Shown here in pieces: positions 50,049 to 61,295 of a stretch of DNA of 64,000 nucleotides. Under the pieces are notes generated by a model. It was not told where the DNA came from and searched no databases. It saw only the letters and a list, made by a program, of their open reading frames with translations. The stretch comes from Nemertoderma westbladi (Eukaryota; Animalia; Xenacoelomorpha): positions 15,719-79,718 of the forward strand of contig JAUCBJ010002471.1 in the NCBI GenBank assembly GCA_032718475.1. The letters run 5' to 3'. Within the stretch, counting starts at the first letter, position 1. Each line of letters starts with the position of its first letter. Both the position numbers and the translations under genes were made by a program.

Positions 50049-50513
50049 GTCTGTTACTGTAAAATATGTTGAACTATACTGAGAGAATACCGTAAGTCGT
50101 TAATCGATATATAATCATATTGTTTTATTGACTGTTAGTTAAAATAAATAGGAGGCGAATTGTTACAATAGGTGCTACATTAAATGTGATGATGTTTTAT
50201 TGTATTGATTCGGAATGTTTTTTTTATAAAAGTTGCGGTTTTCAATTTTAGCCCCAATTTAAAGACAGATAGTGCCCCGCGCCATGAAGTTACATGACCC
50301 CCTACTTGTTGTTTGGATTTAAATTGAATAAAACAATTTTATTTAAATTATATTGCATACATTGAACATTTCGCTAATAATAATAATTTATTTTACTCGT
50401 CAACCGTTTAGCACATTAAATAATAAATGTAATTAACTAAATATACTTAAACTGCCAAATATTATTATTTACTGTATAATATTGATATATTAATGTGGAG
50501 TTAAATAACATTA

Positions 50514-53500
50514 TTAGATATCGCTGAGACTACGCTCAAAGCGATGCTGTCGGAGATCGCTAATAAGTTCAGTGAGATTTTCAGTTACGGAGAATCGGTC
50601 CACAAGGAGAGAGTCACTCAGTACAGACGCGAGAATCTGTTCAAAGCTTACAGACCATCCGGCACGCTGGTAGCTAGACAATGAGTCTGTGGTGGTGGGG
50701 TCTGTAGGTGTAGTTGGGTTTGTGGTGGTGGATGTTGGGTCTGTAAGGGTAGTTGGGTCTGTCATGGTTGATGTGGGATCTGTAGGTGTAGTTGGGTCTG
50801 TCATGGTTGATGTGGGGTCTATAGGGGCACTTGCACACCTATCGAACTGTCTACCAACTTCGCCCAACTGCAGCAACGTCGACCCTATTGTGGTTATCGA
50901 CTGGTATACTACCTGTTCCTGCTCACTGCCATCCGTAAATATATCGTATAAACTCTTCCAGAACTGAATGAAACGTTCCTCATTCAACCTCGGCAACGTC
51001 TTATAAACCCGAACACGTTCGTCCACCGACACACGTTTATGGCACAGCAAACACTTCGGTTTGACCGATTCCTGTTTCTTTGTGGGCTCCTCCTTGCCGA
51101 CTACAGTATCGCAAACATCGACATCATCCAGTAGGAAGGAATACTCGGAGGACAACGGCTCCGAACCTTGGCTGCTCGGCGATCCCGATTCTTTCCGTAA
51201 GAAGAACTCGCCGGCCTCCACGCCGTCCTCATCAACGTCGGCGTCCTCCTCGCCCCCCAGAACGACTCTGTCTTTAACTAAATCCTCGCGAGTCAATGCC
51301 GGAGGAATGTGCAGCTGGTAGAGCAGAGCGAGTTTGTCCATGGTATCCCCGTGGACCATGATACCGAGACCGTTGATGAACTGCTTGAAGCTGATCATGT
51401 TGTCGGAATCGTGGTCGAGGATAACGAAGAACCGGTTCGCCAGAACGTCGGCGTTGGGTCCGTGTCGCCATGGAAACAGGTGTGCGGCGAGGTAGCGGAA
51501 TCGCTCCGAAGTGATCTTGGCGAGTTGGTAGAAAGAATCCTGTTTGTGTTTCTCCAGAGTGTCCGATGGAATCAGAGCCTCCCAATAACATCCAGAGAGT
51601 TGCTCCTCCTTGAAGAGGACGTAGAGAGCGTCGAGTTCCTCTAGATCGAACCAGGAGTCCACCGAGAGACTCCTCAAGATGCCGCGTTTAGTCGAGTCCT
51701 CCAACGAGTGGACCACGACCAGTCGGTGTTTGAAACGCAACGAGTCGATAAGATCGTCCGTGATGTGGAAGTATTTGTCGTGGGCGACGTTGATGAGGTC
51801 CGAGACATTTACAGTGTCGTGAATCATATCGCATTGGTTGTCGCCGTGGTCCCTGGAGGAGACGCCTTCCAGGTAGTCATTAAGGACACGCATCGCGTCG
51901 GCGTCATCATCGCAATCCATCAGCTTCTCGGTGTTGGCCTCGAGGACTGCCAGAGATACCTTGAAGATGACCTTAGCGCCATCGTAGAAAAAACAGTCGA
52001 CAATGTCGACAGCGGCTTGGTAGGGGATCACGGAGAGGAAGAGGGTTAGGAACCAGGAGAGGGAGATCATTGATAGGACCCCGAGTTGGTTTACTTTGTT
52101 GTAAAGAGTCGGTAACTCCTCCTTGGTGATCTCCTCGAAGACGCCCTGGTCGATAATGGCGCCGACAACCTTGGTGTTGTAGTAGTCGGGTAGGAGACTC
52201 TCGCAGAGGGCAACGAGCAGCCAGAATGCCTGTTCCTCGCGGGCGTAGAGGAGCAGCACCGAGGTCACTATGTTCATGGCCTGGCAGTAGCCGATGGCGG
52301 GGTTGCGTTGGGCGTAGGCGAGGAGCACGCGACGGAGAGTGTCGATCCCCGAGCTCGTCTGGAAGGCGGGATGTTCCGGGAGCGAGCGGTGCAGATCGCG
52401 CTCGATCTCGTCCGAGACGAGCGACTCCGGGGCGTCGGCGGCGAGTCGGAGTAGGCGTCTGTAGTAGCCGGGCCCCGCCGTCGCCTCCAGGTGGCACGCG
52501 CCGCTGAGAACCCGCCACATCTCGCCGCGCAGTGGTCCCGGTATGCCGCGGCAGACGAGATCCCGTAACGTCGTCGTCCGGTACATGGTGACCCCACGGC
52601 CGAACTCGGCGAAGTGCAGCTCCCAGAGATGCTGCTTCACGACCTCCTTGGCTGTGGCTTCGTCGCTCCCGGATACCGATATCAACGCTTTCTCCTCCAC
52701 ATGGATATCCGCGTTCTCCGTATCCTTGGTTACGATCTCGGAGGCCCGCGCCAGGAAGTCGCTGATTCTATCGAGAAGGAAGTCGCGGTCCACCACCTCC
52801 CCGAAGGTCACTGTCATCTTATTCTTCGTCGTTATGAGGATCCCGCTGTGGATTAGGTTCGATTGAAACTTCTCGACGATGTTGACGGCGGTGAGCGGGA
52901 CCACGATGGTGACCGGTCTGGGCCCGCGTGCCGCGAAACACACGTAATTCTTGGAGAGGAAGAGTTGCCCGAGTGCGAACTGCCGGTTGTACGGCGTCCA
53001 TATTGTGCATTCCGTGTCGCCATCGAGTCGCTCAGTCGTCGGCAGACGGAATATCCGACGGAATTTCTCGCTACGTTTCCGCGCGACGAAGTCCCGTTTC
53101 AGCACGGAACTCTTGCGAGGAGTTCGACTCCTCATACGAGCTGGAAGATCCTCGGCCTGGCAGTAACCCTCTTCTGCGAGCAGCTGTTTGACCCCGATGT
53201 TGGCCAACTGCTGCATAAACTGAAACGTCTCCTCGATTCGCATTAGGAGGGAGAAGTGATGTTTGCCACCGGTTGTGGTGTGGACGGAGATAGTGTTGGG
53301 GAGGAGGATGGTATGAGTCCGGTTGAGTTTGGTGACGTCGGTCCAGCGGAGAACCACACGGGATTCTGTGCCTAAAAGGAATGAGTAGAAACAGAGATGA
53401 TTGACGCTGAGATAGAGCCAACCTTGTCTGGGGACCTTCCCCTTCCAGTAGGAGCAGGAGTAGTAGTTGATTAGCTTCTCTCCTTGTGGCATCGAGAATA

Positions 53501-53927
53501 GTTTATGAAATTTTGCGGTTTGTGCCTTAAATCGTCCCGTATCATCATCCACAGACTTGACTCTCCCAGCCGCGTATAGACTCTCGATCTTGCACTTAAC
53601 GAAAGCTGTGACGTCATCGTCTGACTCGAAACTACCCAGAACCGGCATGAGATTGTCCTCGATCCAAGTCCAGTTGGTTGTTATCGACTTCATTGAATTG
53701 GCTTCAGCCACGGTGAAGTAAATGTCGGATTTAGCGGTTTGATGGAGGACTCGGTATGGAAGAGTTTTACTATCCAGTACATTATCCAAAGTACCGACAA
53801 ACAGACCTGTGAGCCCACCTCCGTAACCATGGCCACGCCGTTTCTGTAACACGAAATAAGGGTTGGCCCTTTCCGTTACCCAAAGGGCCCCGGCTATCAA
53901 TACTTCCTCCGGTTTCACCCAACCCAT
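50514..53927 (-). CDS. TBC1D9: TBC1 domain family member 9/8-like Rab GAP (2 GRAM + TBC + EF-hand), single coding exon, 1137 aa
   Basis: MGWVKPEEVL..GALWVTERANPYFVLQKRRGHG..GLTGL.VGTLD.VLDS; GRAM EKLINYYSCSYWKGKVPRQGWLYLSVNHLCFYSFLLG; TBC IERDLHRSLPEHPAFQ...LRRVL.AYA.RNP.IGYCQAMN; EF-hand DHDSDNMISFKQF; C-terminal WSVSFEQILAS. Confidence 0.96.
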   Translation of the reverse strand: MGWVKPEEVLIAGALWVTERANPYFVLQKRRGHGYGGGLTGLFVGTLDNVLDSKTLPYRVLHQTAKSDIYFTVAEANSMKSITTNWTWIEDNLMPVLGSFESDDDVTAFVKCKIESLYAAGRVKSVDDDTGRFKAQTAKFHKLFSMPQGEKLINYYSCSYWKGKVPRQGWLYLSVNHLCFYSFLLGTESRVVLRWTDVTKLNRTHTILLPNTISVHTTTGGKHHFSLLMRIEETFQFMQQLANIGVKQLLAEEGYCQAEDLPARMRSRTPRKSSVLKRDFVARKRSEKFRRIFRLPTTERLDGDTECTIWTPYNRQFALGQLFLSKNYVCFAARGPRPVTIVVPLTAVNIVEKFQSNLIHSGILITTKNKMTVTFGEVVDRDFLLDRISDFLARASEIVTKDTENADIHVEEKALISVSGSDEATAKEVVKQHLWELHFAEFGRGVTMYRTTTLRDLVCRGIPGPLRGEMWRVLSGACHLEATAGPGYYRRLLRLAADAPESLVSDEIERDLHRSLPEHPAFQTSSGIDTLRRVLLAYAQRNPAIGYCQAMNIVTSVLLLYAREEQAFWLLVALCESLLPDYYNTKVVGAIIDQGVFEEITKEELPTLYNKVNQLGVLSMISLSWFLTLFLSVIPYQAAVDIVDCFFYDGAKVIFKVSLAVLEANTEKLMDCDDDADAMRVLNDYLEGVSSRDHGDNQCDMIHDTVNVSDLINVAHDKYFHITDDLIDSLRFKHRLVVVHSLEDSTKRGILRSLSVDSWFDLEELDALYVLFKEEQLSGCYWEALIPSDTLEKHKQDSFYQLAKITSERFRYLAAHLFPWRHGPNADVLANRFFVILDHDSDNMISFKQFINGLGIMVHGDTMDKLALLYQLHIPPALTREDLVKDRVVLGGEEDADVDEDGVEAGEFFLRKESGSPSSQGSEPLSSEYSFLLDDVDVCDTVVGKEEPTKKQESVKPKCLLCHKRVSVDERVRVYKTLPRLNEERFIQFWKSLYDIFTDGSEQEQVVYQSITTIGSTLLQLGEVGRQFDRCASAPIDPTSTMTDPTTPTDPTSTMTDPTTLTDPTSTTTNPTTPTDPTTTDSLSSYQRAGWSVSFEQILASVLSDSLLVDRFSVTENLTELISDLRQHRFERSLSDI

Positions 53928-55091
53928 AGGGCCTAATGTATTTATTCCACTTAATTATTAATCCAAATTCTGCAATTATAAACTTCCATTGATCTTCTCA
54001 TTGAACTATCCCAAAATATATTCGGTAGATGAAACTCACGGCTTTCCTTCAGAGAAAACTGTCTCAGTTTTACAGTAAAATATTAAAAATGGAAATTAGT
54101 AATTTAAATATATTTTATTCCAAAATTGTTAAACTGTTAATCAGCAAGTTTTCTGCACATGAAAGTTGCACACATCACATTTGCACATTTCACAGCGACT
54201 AAAAATTAATTATATCTGCTAAATTAGTGGATTTTGTTAAATTTAGGTGCAAAACGTTTTCTACTTCAATGCTATATCAAACCATTTCTATTAAAAATTT
54301 GACATATTCCACCAAAAATATTAATTTTTTTTTAAACCGCATAAGTTTCAAATGCATTTATTCATTAGCAGTTGTTACGGAATTGAATAATGTTTTGGAA
54401 TAAAATGATATAATAGTACGGTCGTGTAACAAATCAACTCAAGTCTGTCAGATCGTCACACTGTAAAGTGAAATTATTACTTTACACACGTAGGTAAATA
54501 AATTTAATTGGTGATTAATATAAATAGCCTAATAAGATAGTGTTCTGATCGCTTAAAATAAGCCTTCTTATTGTTTTGAATTTATTACATGCGTATTTAA
54601 ATAAAAATTGTGGGTCTATAGGAAATACTGCCGTATATTATTATTAACTATATGATACACTGCATTACATAATATTATATTATAATATAATCGCTGGGAG
54701 TATCTTATCTAAATAAAAATTAACGTACCGGCATTGCCGCATTGGTATTATTATTATTATATTATCATCACCATTAACCAGCCAGCATATTTTCTTAAAT
54801 ACAAACTGTGTTGATGTACTAGATTATAACACTTCCCGTTATGTATTAATGTCATGAAACTATATTTTCATTAGGGGTACCATATTAATAAAAATCGCCA
54901 GTTAACCATTAAAGTTGTACCTATTTATATGTAAGTAAAAAATAACGATAGGGACACAATGCCAGCACAATAATATTGATTCCGTACATGTATGATGAAA
55001 TGATCCAATCCAAATTATAGCTATATATATATTTGTTTTGTATATTTCTTTCTATAGTAGAATAATATTATAATAATATTACATAAAGTTT

Positions 55092-56231
55092 TCACCGTAG
55101 TAAATTTGTATACAATTCTATTAAAATTTCCGCAGCTTCTGCGGGGCCCATTGAACCATTTATTACATCACATTCGAGTTTCAATTTAAGTTCCTTAAAT
55201 TTAGGGTGAGAATTAATTATTTCTAAGATGGAGCTGTCCACGTAGGACGCCATCCACGCGCTATCCTGCTTACTTCGATTGGAAAAGAAATATCCTCGCT
55301 GGATACTCAAATCGCGGAACTGCTGAAGTGTTTCCCAGATAGTTTCTAAACCTTCCCCAGTAACACTGGATACCCGTAGCACCGGAGGGGTCCATAATTT
55401 ATTGTTACGCCTCATCAATTTTAGAGCGCTTGTATATTCAGCCGCAACCCTGCGAGAGGCCGGCAACAAATCCCCATCGCATTTATTAATCACCACGATA
55501 TCGGCTAGTTCAATAATTCCACGTTTAATGGCCTGCAGTTCGTCCCCACCAGCCGGGGGAATAATCAAAACAAACACATCGACCATCTCGGAAACCATGT
55601 GTTCAGATTGACCGACGCCTACTGTTTCCACGAATACCGTGCCATAACCAGCAGCCTCGCAAAGCAATATAGCCTCCCGTGTGCCCTGGGTAACGCCACC
55701 TAGTCTGCCGCCAGTGGCGCTTGGTCTTATATATGCTCTGGGATCCTGAGACAATCTTACCATTCTTGTTTTATCTCCAAGAAGTGAACCACCAGTTGTC
55801 TTTGAAGATGGATCCACAGCCAATACCGATATGTTCATCTGATATTTTTCGGCTAAGAACAAACCTAAAACATCGATGAGAGTTGACTTTCCCGCACCAG
55901 GTGGGCCAGAGATCCCAATGCGGAATGATTGATTGTCTTTGTCATACGGATTAAATTCTTGAATAGCTTGCAATAAATACCTTGCGTGGTTGCGCTTCGA
56001 TTTATCAATAGATTCAACAAGTGTGATGGACTCTGCAAGAGCTGCCCTATCTCCGCGCTTCAGTCCATCAACTAATCTTCCGATTCTATTGACATGACTT
56101 ACTGGTAAGGTAGTTGTGGTTGAATATCGGAATTGTTGTACATATTGTAAAGTACCGGCACAGTTCTCAAAGATTCGACGAAAAGTTAACTTATTACATT
56201 GCGCAACAGCTAAGCTTCGTAACCGTAACAT
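55092..56231 (-). CDS. MMAA: Methylmalonic aciduria type A protein (MeaB/ArgK GTPase), mitochondrial, single coding exon
   Basis: Arg-rich N-terminal presequence, RAALAESITLVES, RIGISGPPGAGKST, VLAVDPSS..GGSLLGDKTRM, ETVGVGQSE, PPAGGDELQAIKRGIIELAD..VINKCD. Confidence 0.97.
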   Translation of the reverse strand: MLRLRSLAVAQCNKLTFRRIFENCAGTLQYVQQFRYSTTTTLPVSHVNRIGRLVDGLKRGDRAALAESITLVESIDKSKRNHARYLLQAIQEFNPYDKDNQSFRIGISGPPGAGKSTLIDVLGLFLAEKYQMNISVLAVDPSSKTTGGSLLGDKTRMVRLSQDPRAYIRPSATGGRLGGVTQGTREAILLCEAAGYGTVFVETVGVGQSEHMVSEMVDVFVLIIPPAGGDELQAIKRGIIELADIVVINKCDGDLLPASRRVAAEYTSALKLMRRNNKLWTPPVLRVSSVTGEGLETIWETLQQFRDLSIQRGYFFSNRSKQDSAWMASYVDSSILEIINSHPKFKELKLKLECDVINGSMGPAEAAEILIELYTNLLR

Positions 56232-57582
56232 TATTATTACAGTATTAGGCGTATTTTACTGAAGTTTTATAAAGGCCTACTATACTGATAATCAAAATAA
56301 GATGCTCAATATTCTAATTATATTCCAGTATTCTATATCTATATATATATATATATATTCTAAATATACTCTAATAATGATCAAAATAACAGATGATTTC
56401 TCTCAAAAATAAAACTGTAACCTGTTCTATTGTTTTGGTTAAAATAACGTGCCACTGTCAGACTGTAACCTGCTCCTTTCCCTAAATTGAGAATTTAACA
56501 TTGAGGCGGGATATTAATTCGCCAAGGCGGGTTTTGCGTCAAGTCCCCCCCCCCCCCCCCCCCTGTCTCGTAGATCGAGAGGTTTGATTTTGATATTAAT
56601 ACAGTAATCAGGTAATAGACTCCATTCAGCTGACAACTCACTGCCAAGGGGATTTTCCACACAACTGCACTGCACAAGGCTAAAATTGTGTTATTGAATA
56701 CACTACTAAATCGCATAACCAGTTTTCGATCTCCTGATAAACAAAGAAGAGATAAACAGAAGATTAGGAAGATTGCAACGTAAACATTAATTTCGCTTTA
56801 ATTTAATTAGGCCTATTAATTTAATATCATTTAAAAATTAAATCCGAATTTTTTTTTAAAGATTTTACATTAAACAATTTTTTCAATTTTACATTAAACA
56901 TTCAAATAAACGAGAAATACAGAGAACAAACTGACAAAGGAACTATAAAATTAACAATAAAAAAATGGGAGTACATGAAGAAATTAATTTATTTACGCTT
57001 CTAATGTTGTAAAAAGTGCCCTCGAAAACCAGTTTTGTTTACCTTTGCTATCGTATTTCACTTATAAACACTTCAGCTGTTCCAGTGTTCAGCCCTCAAG
57101 TTAGAAATGTAGAAGGCTGAATTCTGGCTACATGGCCTATTACAGTATTATCTAGTAGGCCTTGTCATGTACGTACAGACAGACAGCTGGACAGATCTAC
57201 AGGTAGGCCTACCTGTACCTGCAGACCTGTACTGTTGTAATAAAAACTGAAAAATAAATTGTCGAATTTATTAGGGTAAACTGGGGTAATTTGGGACATG
57301 GGGGAATTTGGCTGTTTGGCGTTTGGGACTGGCTGGGGTAATTTGGGACAAGTACTGAAGTATTTTCTTAACTGTGATTGCAGTGGGGTTTGGTGGGTTG
57401 CTTAAATTATAGGCCTATGCTCCGTAGTGCTCCGGGTTGGCAAGGGCAACCAATGGTTTTTCTCACCATTGGTTTTTATGGTTTTTTGGTTTAACCAACT
57501 TTTTAAAAAAGGCGAAAAAATTGGTTTTTATGGTTTTTTTTATGGTTTTTCATAAAATCTTAAAATAACGAAACGATCTGAC

Positions 57583-60500
57583 GGGTGTGACTAATTACCC
57601 AAACGCACCCAATCGGCACCCAAACGCACCCAAACGGCACCCAAACGCACCCAATCGGCACCCAAACGGCACCCAATGGTACCCAAACGGCACTAAAAAT
57701 GAACTGCCGGATGAAAATTACCCTCCTATAGTGTACTCCCTGGCATCCTAAATCAGTGAGTCAATAGGTAAACGGTGAAATTAACCGGTACCTACCAAAT
57801 ACTGAAATACAGTACCGGCAGACTGGTATGTAGAATGGCTTTACTGTCTGACTGTACTGTAAACTGTTAGCCACTGAAATGTTAAATGCAATTGCGGTTG
57901 TAAATGTTGCGATGCGACTACCGACAAGTCTATTACCGATTCTTATAATAAAGTAAAGGATCAGGTTACATGGGTGGGCTTTTCTAGCCAAAACAATAAA
58001 CGTTATATCAAGGTTTTTTTTTGGAAAAGGCAAAAATAAACAATAAACGTTTGGCGTTTGGGTATGTTAGACTGCCGTTTGGGTGGCGTTTGGGTATGTT
58101 AGAATGTCGTTTGGGTGGCGTTTGGGAATGTTATAATGCCGTTTGGGTGGCGTTTGTGTATGTTAGAATGCCGTTTGAGTGGCGTTTGGGTATGTTAGAA
58201 TGCCGTTTGAGTGGCGTTTGGGTAAGGTAGAATGCCGTATGGGTGGCGTTTGATTATGTTAGAATGCCGTTTGGGTGGCGATTGGGTATGTTAGAATGCC
58301 GTTTGGGTGGAGTTTGGGTATGTTAGAATGCCGTTTGAGTGGCGTTTGGGTAAGGTAGAATGCCGTTTGAGTGGCGTTTGGATATGTTAGAATGCCGTTT
58401 GAGTGGCGTTTGGGTAAGGTAGAATGCCGTTTGGGTGGCGATTGGGTATGTTAGAATGCCGTTTGGGTGGAGTTTGTGTATGTTAGAATGCCGTTTGAGT
58501 GGCGTTTGGGTAAGGTAGAATGCCGTTTGAGTGGCGTTTGGATATGTTAGAATGCCGTTTGAGTGGCGTTTGGGTAAGGTAGAATGCCGTTTGTGTGGCG
58601 ATTGGGTATGTTAGAATGCCGTTTGGGTGGAGTTTGTGTATGTTAGAATGCCGTTTGAGTGGCGTTTGGGTATGTTAGAATGCCGTTTGAGTGGCGTTTG
58701 GGTAAGGTAGAATGCCGTTTGGGTGGCGTTTGGGTATGTTAGAATGCCGTTTGGGTGGCGATTGGGTATGTTAGAATGCCGTTTGGGTGGAGTTTGGGTA
58801 TGTTGGAATGCCGTTTGGTTGGCGTTTGGGAATATTATAATGCCGTTTGGGTGGCGTTTGGGTATGTTAGAATGCCGTTTGGGTGGCGTTTGTGTCTGTT
58901 AGAATGCCGTTTGAGTGGCGTTTGGGTATGTTAGAATGCCGTTTGAGTGGCGTTTGGGTAAGGTAGAATGCCGTTTGGGTGGCGTTTGGGTATGTTAGAA
59001 TCCCGTTTGGGTGGCGATTGGGTATGTTAGAATGCCGTTTGGGTGGCGTTTGGGTAAGGTAGAATGCCGTTTGGGTGGCGATTGGGTATGTTAGAATGCC
59101 GTTTGGGTGGAGTTTGTGTATGTTAGAATGCCGTTTGAGTGGCGTTTGGGTATGTTAGAATGCCGTTTGAGTGGCGTTTGGGTAAGGTAGAATGCCGTTT
59201 GGGTGGCGTTTGGGTATGTTAGAATCCCGTTTGGGTGGCGATTGGGTATGTTAGAATGCCGTTTGGGTGGAGTTTGGGTATGTTAGAATTCCGTTTGAGT
59301 GGCGTTTGGGTAAGGTAGAATGCCGTTTGAGTGGCGTTTGGGTATGTTATAATGCCGTTTGGATGGCGTTTGGGTATGTTAGAATGCCGTTTGGGCGGCG
59401 TTTGGGTATGTTAGAATGCCGTTTGGGTGGCGTTTGGATATGTTAGAATGCCGTTTGGGTGGCGTTTGGGTATGTTAGAATGCCGTTTGGGTGGCGATTG
59501 GGTAAGGTAGAATGCCGTTTGGGTGGCGTTTGGGTATGTTAGAATGCCGTTTGGGTGGCGATTGGGTATGTTAGAATGCCGTTTGGGTGGAGTTTGGGTA
59601 TGTTGGAATGCCGTTTGGTTGGCGTTTGGGAATATTATAATGCCGTTTGGGTGGCGTTTGGGTATGTTAGAATGCCGTTTGGGTGGCGTTTGTGTCTGTT
59701 AGAATGCCGTTTGAGTGGCGTTTGGGTATGTTAGAATGCCGTTTGAGTGGCGTTTGGGTAAGGTAGAATGCCGTTTGGGTGGCGTTTGGGTATGTTAGAA
59801 TCCCGTTTGGGTGGCGATTGGGTATGTTAGAATGCCGTTTGGGTGGCGTTTGGGTAAGGTAGAATGCCGTTTGGGTGGCGATTGGGTATGTTAGAATGCC
59901 GTTTGGGTGGAGTTTGTGTATGTTAGAATGCCGTTTGAGTGGCGTTTGGGTATGTTAGAATGCCGTTTGAGTGGCGTTTGGGTAAGGTAGAATGCCGTTT
60001 GGGTGGCGTTTGGGTATGTTAGAATCCCGTTTGGGTGGCGATTGGGTATGTTAGAATGCCGTTTGGGTGGAGTTTGGGTATGTTAGAATCCGTTTGAGTG
60101 GCGTTTGGGTAAGGTAGAATGCCGTTTGAGTGGCGTTTGGGTATGTTATAATGCCGTTTGGATGGCGTTTGGGTATGTTAGAATGCCGTTTGGGTGGCGT
60201 TTGGGTATGTTAGAATGCCGTTTGGGTGGCGTTTGGATATGTTAGAATGCCGTTTGGGTGGCGTTTGGGTATGTTAGAATGCCGTTTGGGTGGCGTTTGG
60301 TGTATGTTAGAATGCCGTTTGGGTGGCGTTTGGGTATGTTAGAATGCCGTTTGGGTGGCGTTTGGGTAAGGTAGAATGCCGTTTGGGTGGCGTTTGGGTA
60401 TGTTAGAATGCCGTTTGGTGGCGTTTGGGTATGTTAGAATGCCGTTTGGGTGGCGTTTGGGTATGGTAGAATGCCGTTTGGGTGGCGATTGGTATGTTAG

Positions 60501-60636
60501 AATGCGTTTGGGTTGTTAGAATGCCGTTTGGGTGGCGTTTCGGGTATGTTAGAATGCGTTTGGGTGGCGTTTGGTATGTTGAATGCCGTTTGGGTAAGGT
60601 AGAATGCCGTTTGGTGGCGTTTGGGTAAGATAGACT
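57583..60636. mobile_element. Foldback/MULE-like element with asymmetric subterminal arrays
   Basis: Left end GTGTGACTAATTACCCAAACGC plus (CACCCAAACG)n at 57597-57690. The reverse complement of the right end is GCAGTCTATCTTACCCAAACGC. No TSD seen. Confidence 0.55.
58048..60630. repeat. 32-bp satellite (GGGTATGTTAGAATGCCGTTTGGGTGGCGTTT)n, about 80 copies, with an 800-bp higher-order duplication
   Basis: Period 32. Diagnostic variants recur 800 bp apart: TGTGTCTGTT at 58891/59691, AATATTATAA at 58831/59631, TCCCG at 59001/59801. Confidence 0.97.
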
Positions 60637-61295
60637 GCATTCTTTATTATCTTTATTATGTTTCATTTATTGTATCTTTAATGTATTTATCTATAATGTT
60701 TTTCAGATTAATTTTCCCACGTCAAAACTCCAGGAGAAGTGTGATCAATTTCTGGCGAGCGTCATGGATGTTGTCAACATAGTAACCCGGAACTGCGGAA
60801 TCTGGTAAAAGTTCGGATATCGTCTCCAAAAGCGTCCACGAATCACCGAGTCAACGATTCCTACGAGCGGAAGTCGGCGTCCTGTTTACTTATGGTTTAG
60901 CATATAGAAGAAGTTCAAACGATGGGTAGAAGCAATCTCAGTCCCAGTAGACTGTTGGTTGGTTCGGAATTCCAGTTGTAGTTGTCGTCTCCTGTGTTTC
61001 GGGCGATCTGCGATGTGCCGAAGTGATGAATGAACATTTATCACTCAAAAATAAACATTACAATTTTTGAATAAAATTATACGTATAAATACTCAAGTAC
61101 CAACTGTTTTCCTATAAAGTGGTACTTTATGCAGCGTGATATAAATAGTTATTCTTAATATTGCTTTTCTATTTTTGGTATCGTATTTTTTACTAAAGTA
61201 TTACATAGTTTCTGTTCTACAGTACTACTGTAGAAATACTTTTTTGACAAATTATTTGGTTAGTCTATTACTGCAATAGGCTAAAATATTAACTA

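Noticed and set aside
50689-53421. Many overlapping ORFs antisense or out of frame to TBC1D9 (likewise within IFT54, the serpin, DSCC1 and MMAA)
   Set aside because: Shadow ORFs caused by GC-rich coding sequence; no recognisable motifs.
55092-56231. Bacterial origin (MeaB) or contamination for the intronless genes
   Set aside because: MMAA has a mitochondrial-type presequence, the neighbours are eukaryote-specific genes, and the context is animal transposons.
58048-60630. CRISPR-like or telomeric array
   Set aside because: Head-to-tail 32-bp monomers with no unique spacers and no cas genes; not a simple telomeric unit.
60300-60630. Apparent rapid decay of the satellite edge
   Set aside because: Mostly single-base deletions in homopolymers, which may be long-read or polishing error.
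60706-61030. Exon-like GC-richer segment after a TTTTCAG acceptor
   Set aside because: No sustained open frame or recognisable motif.
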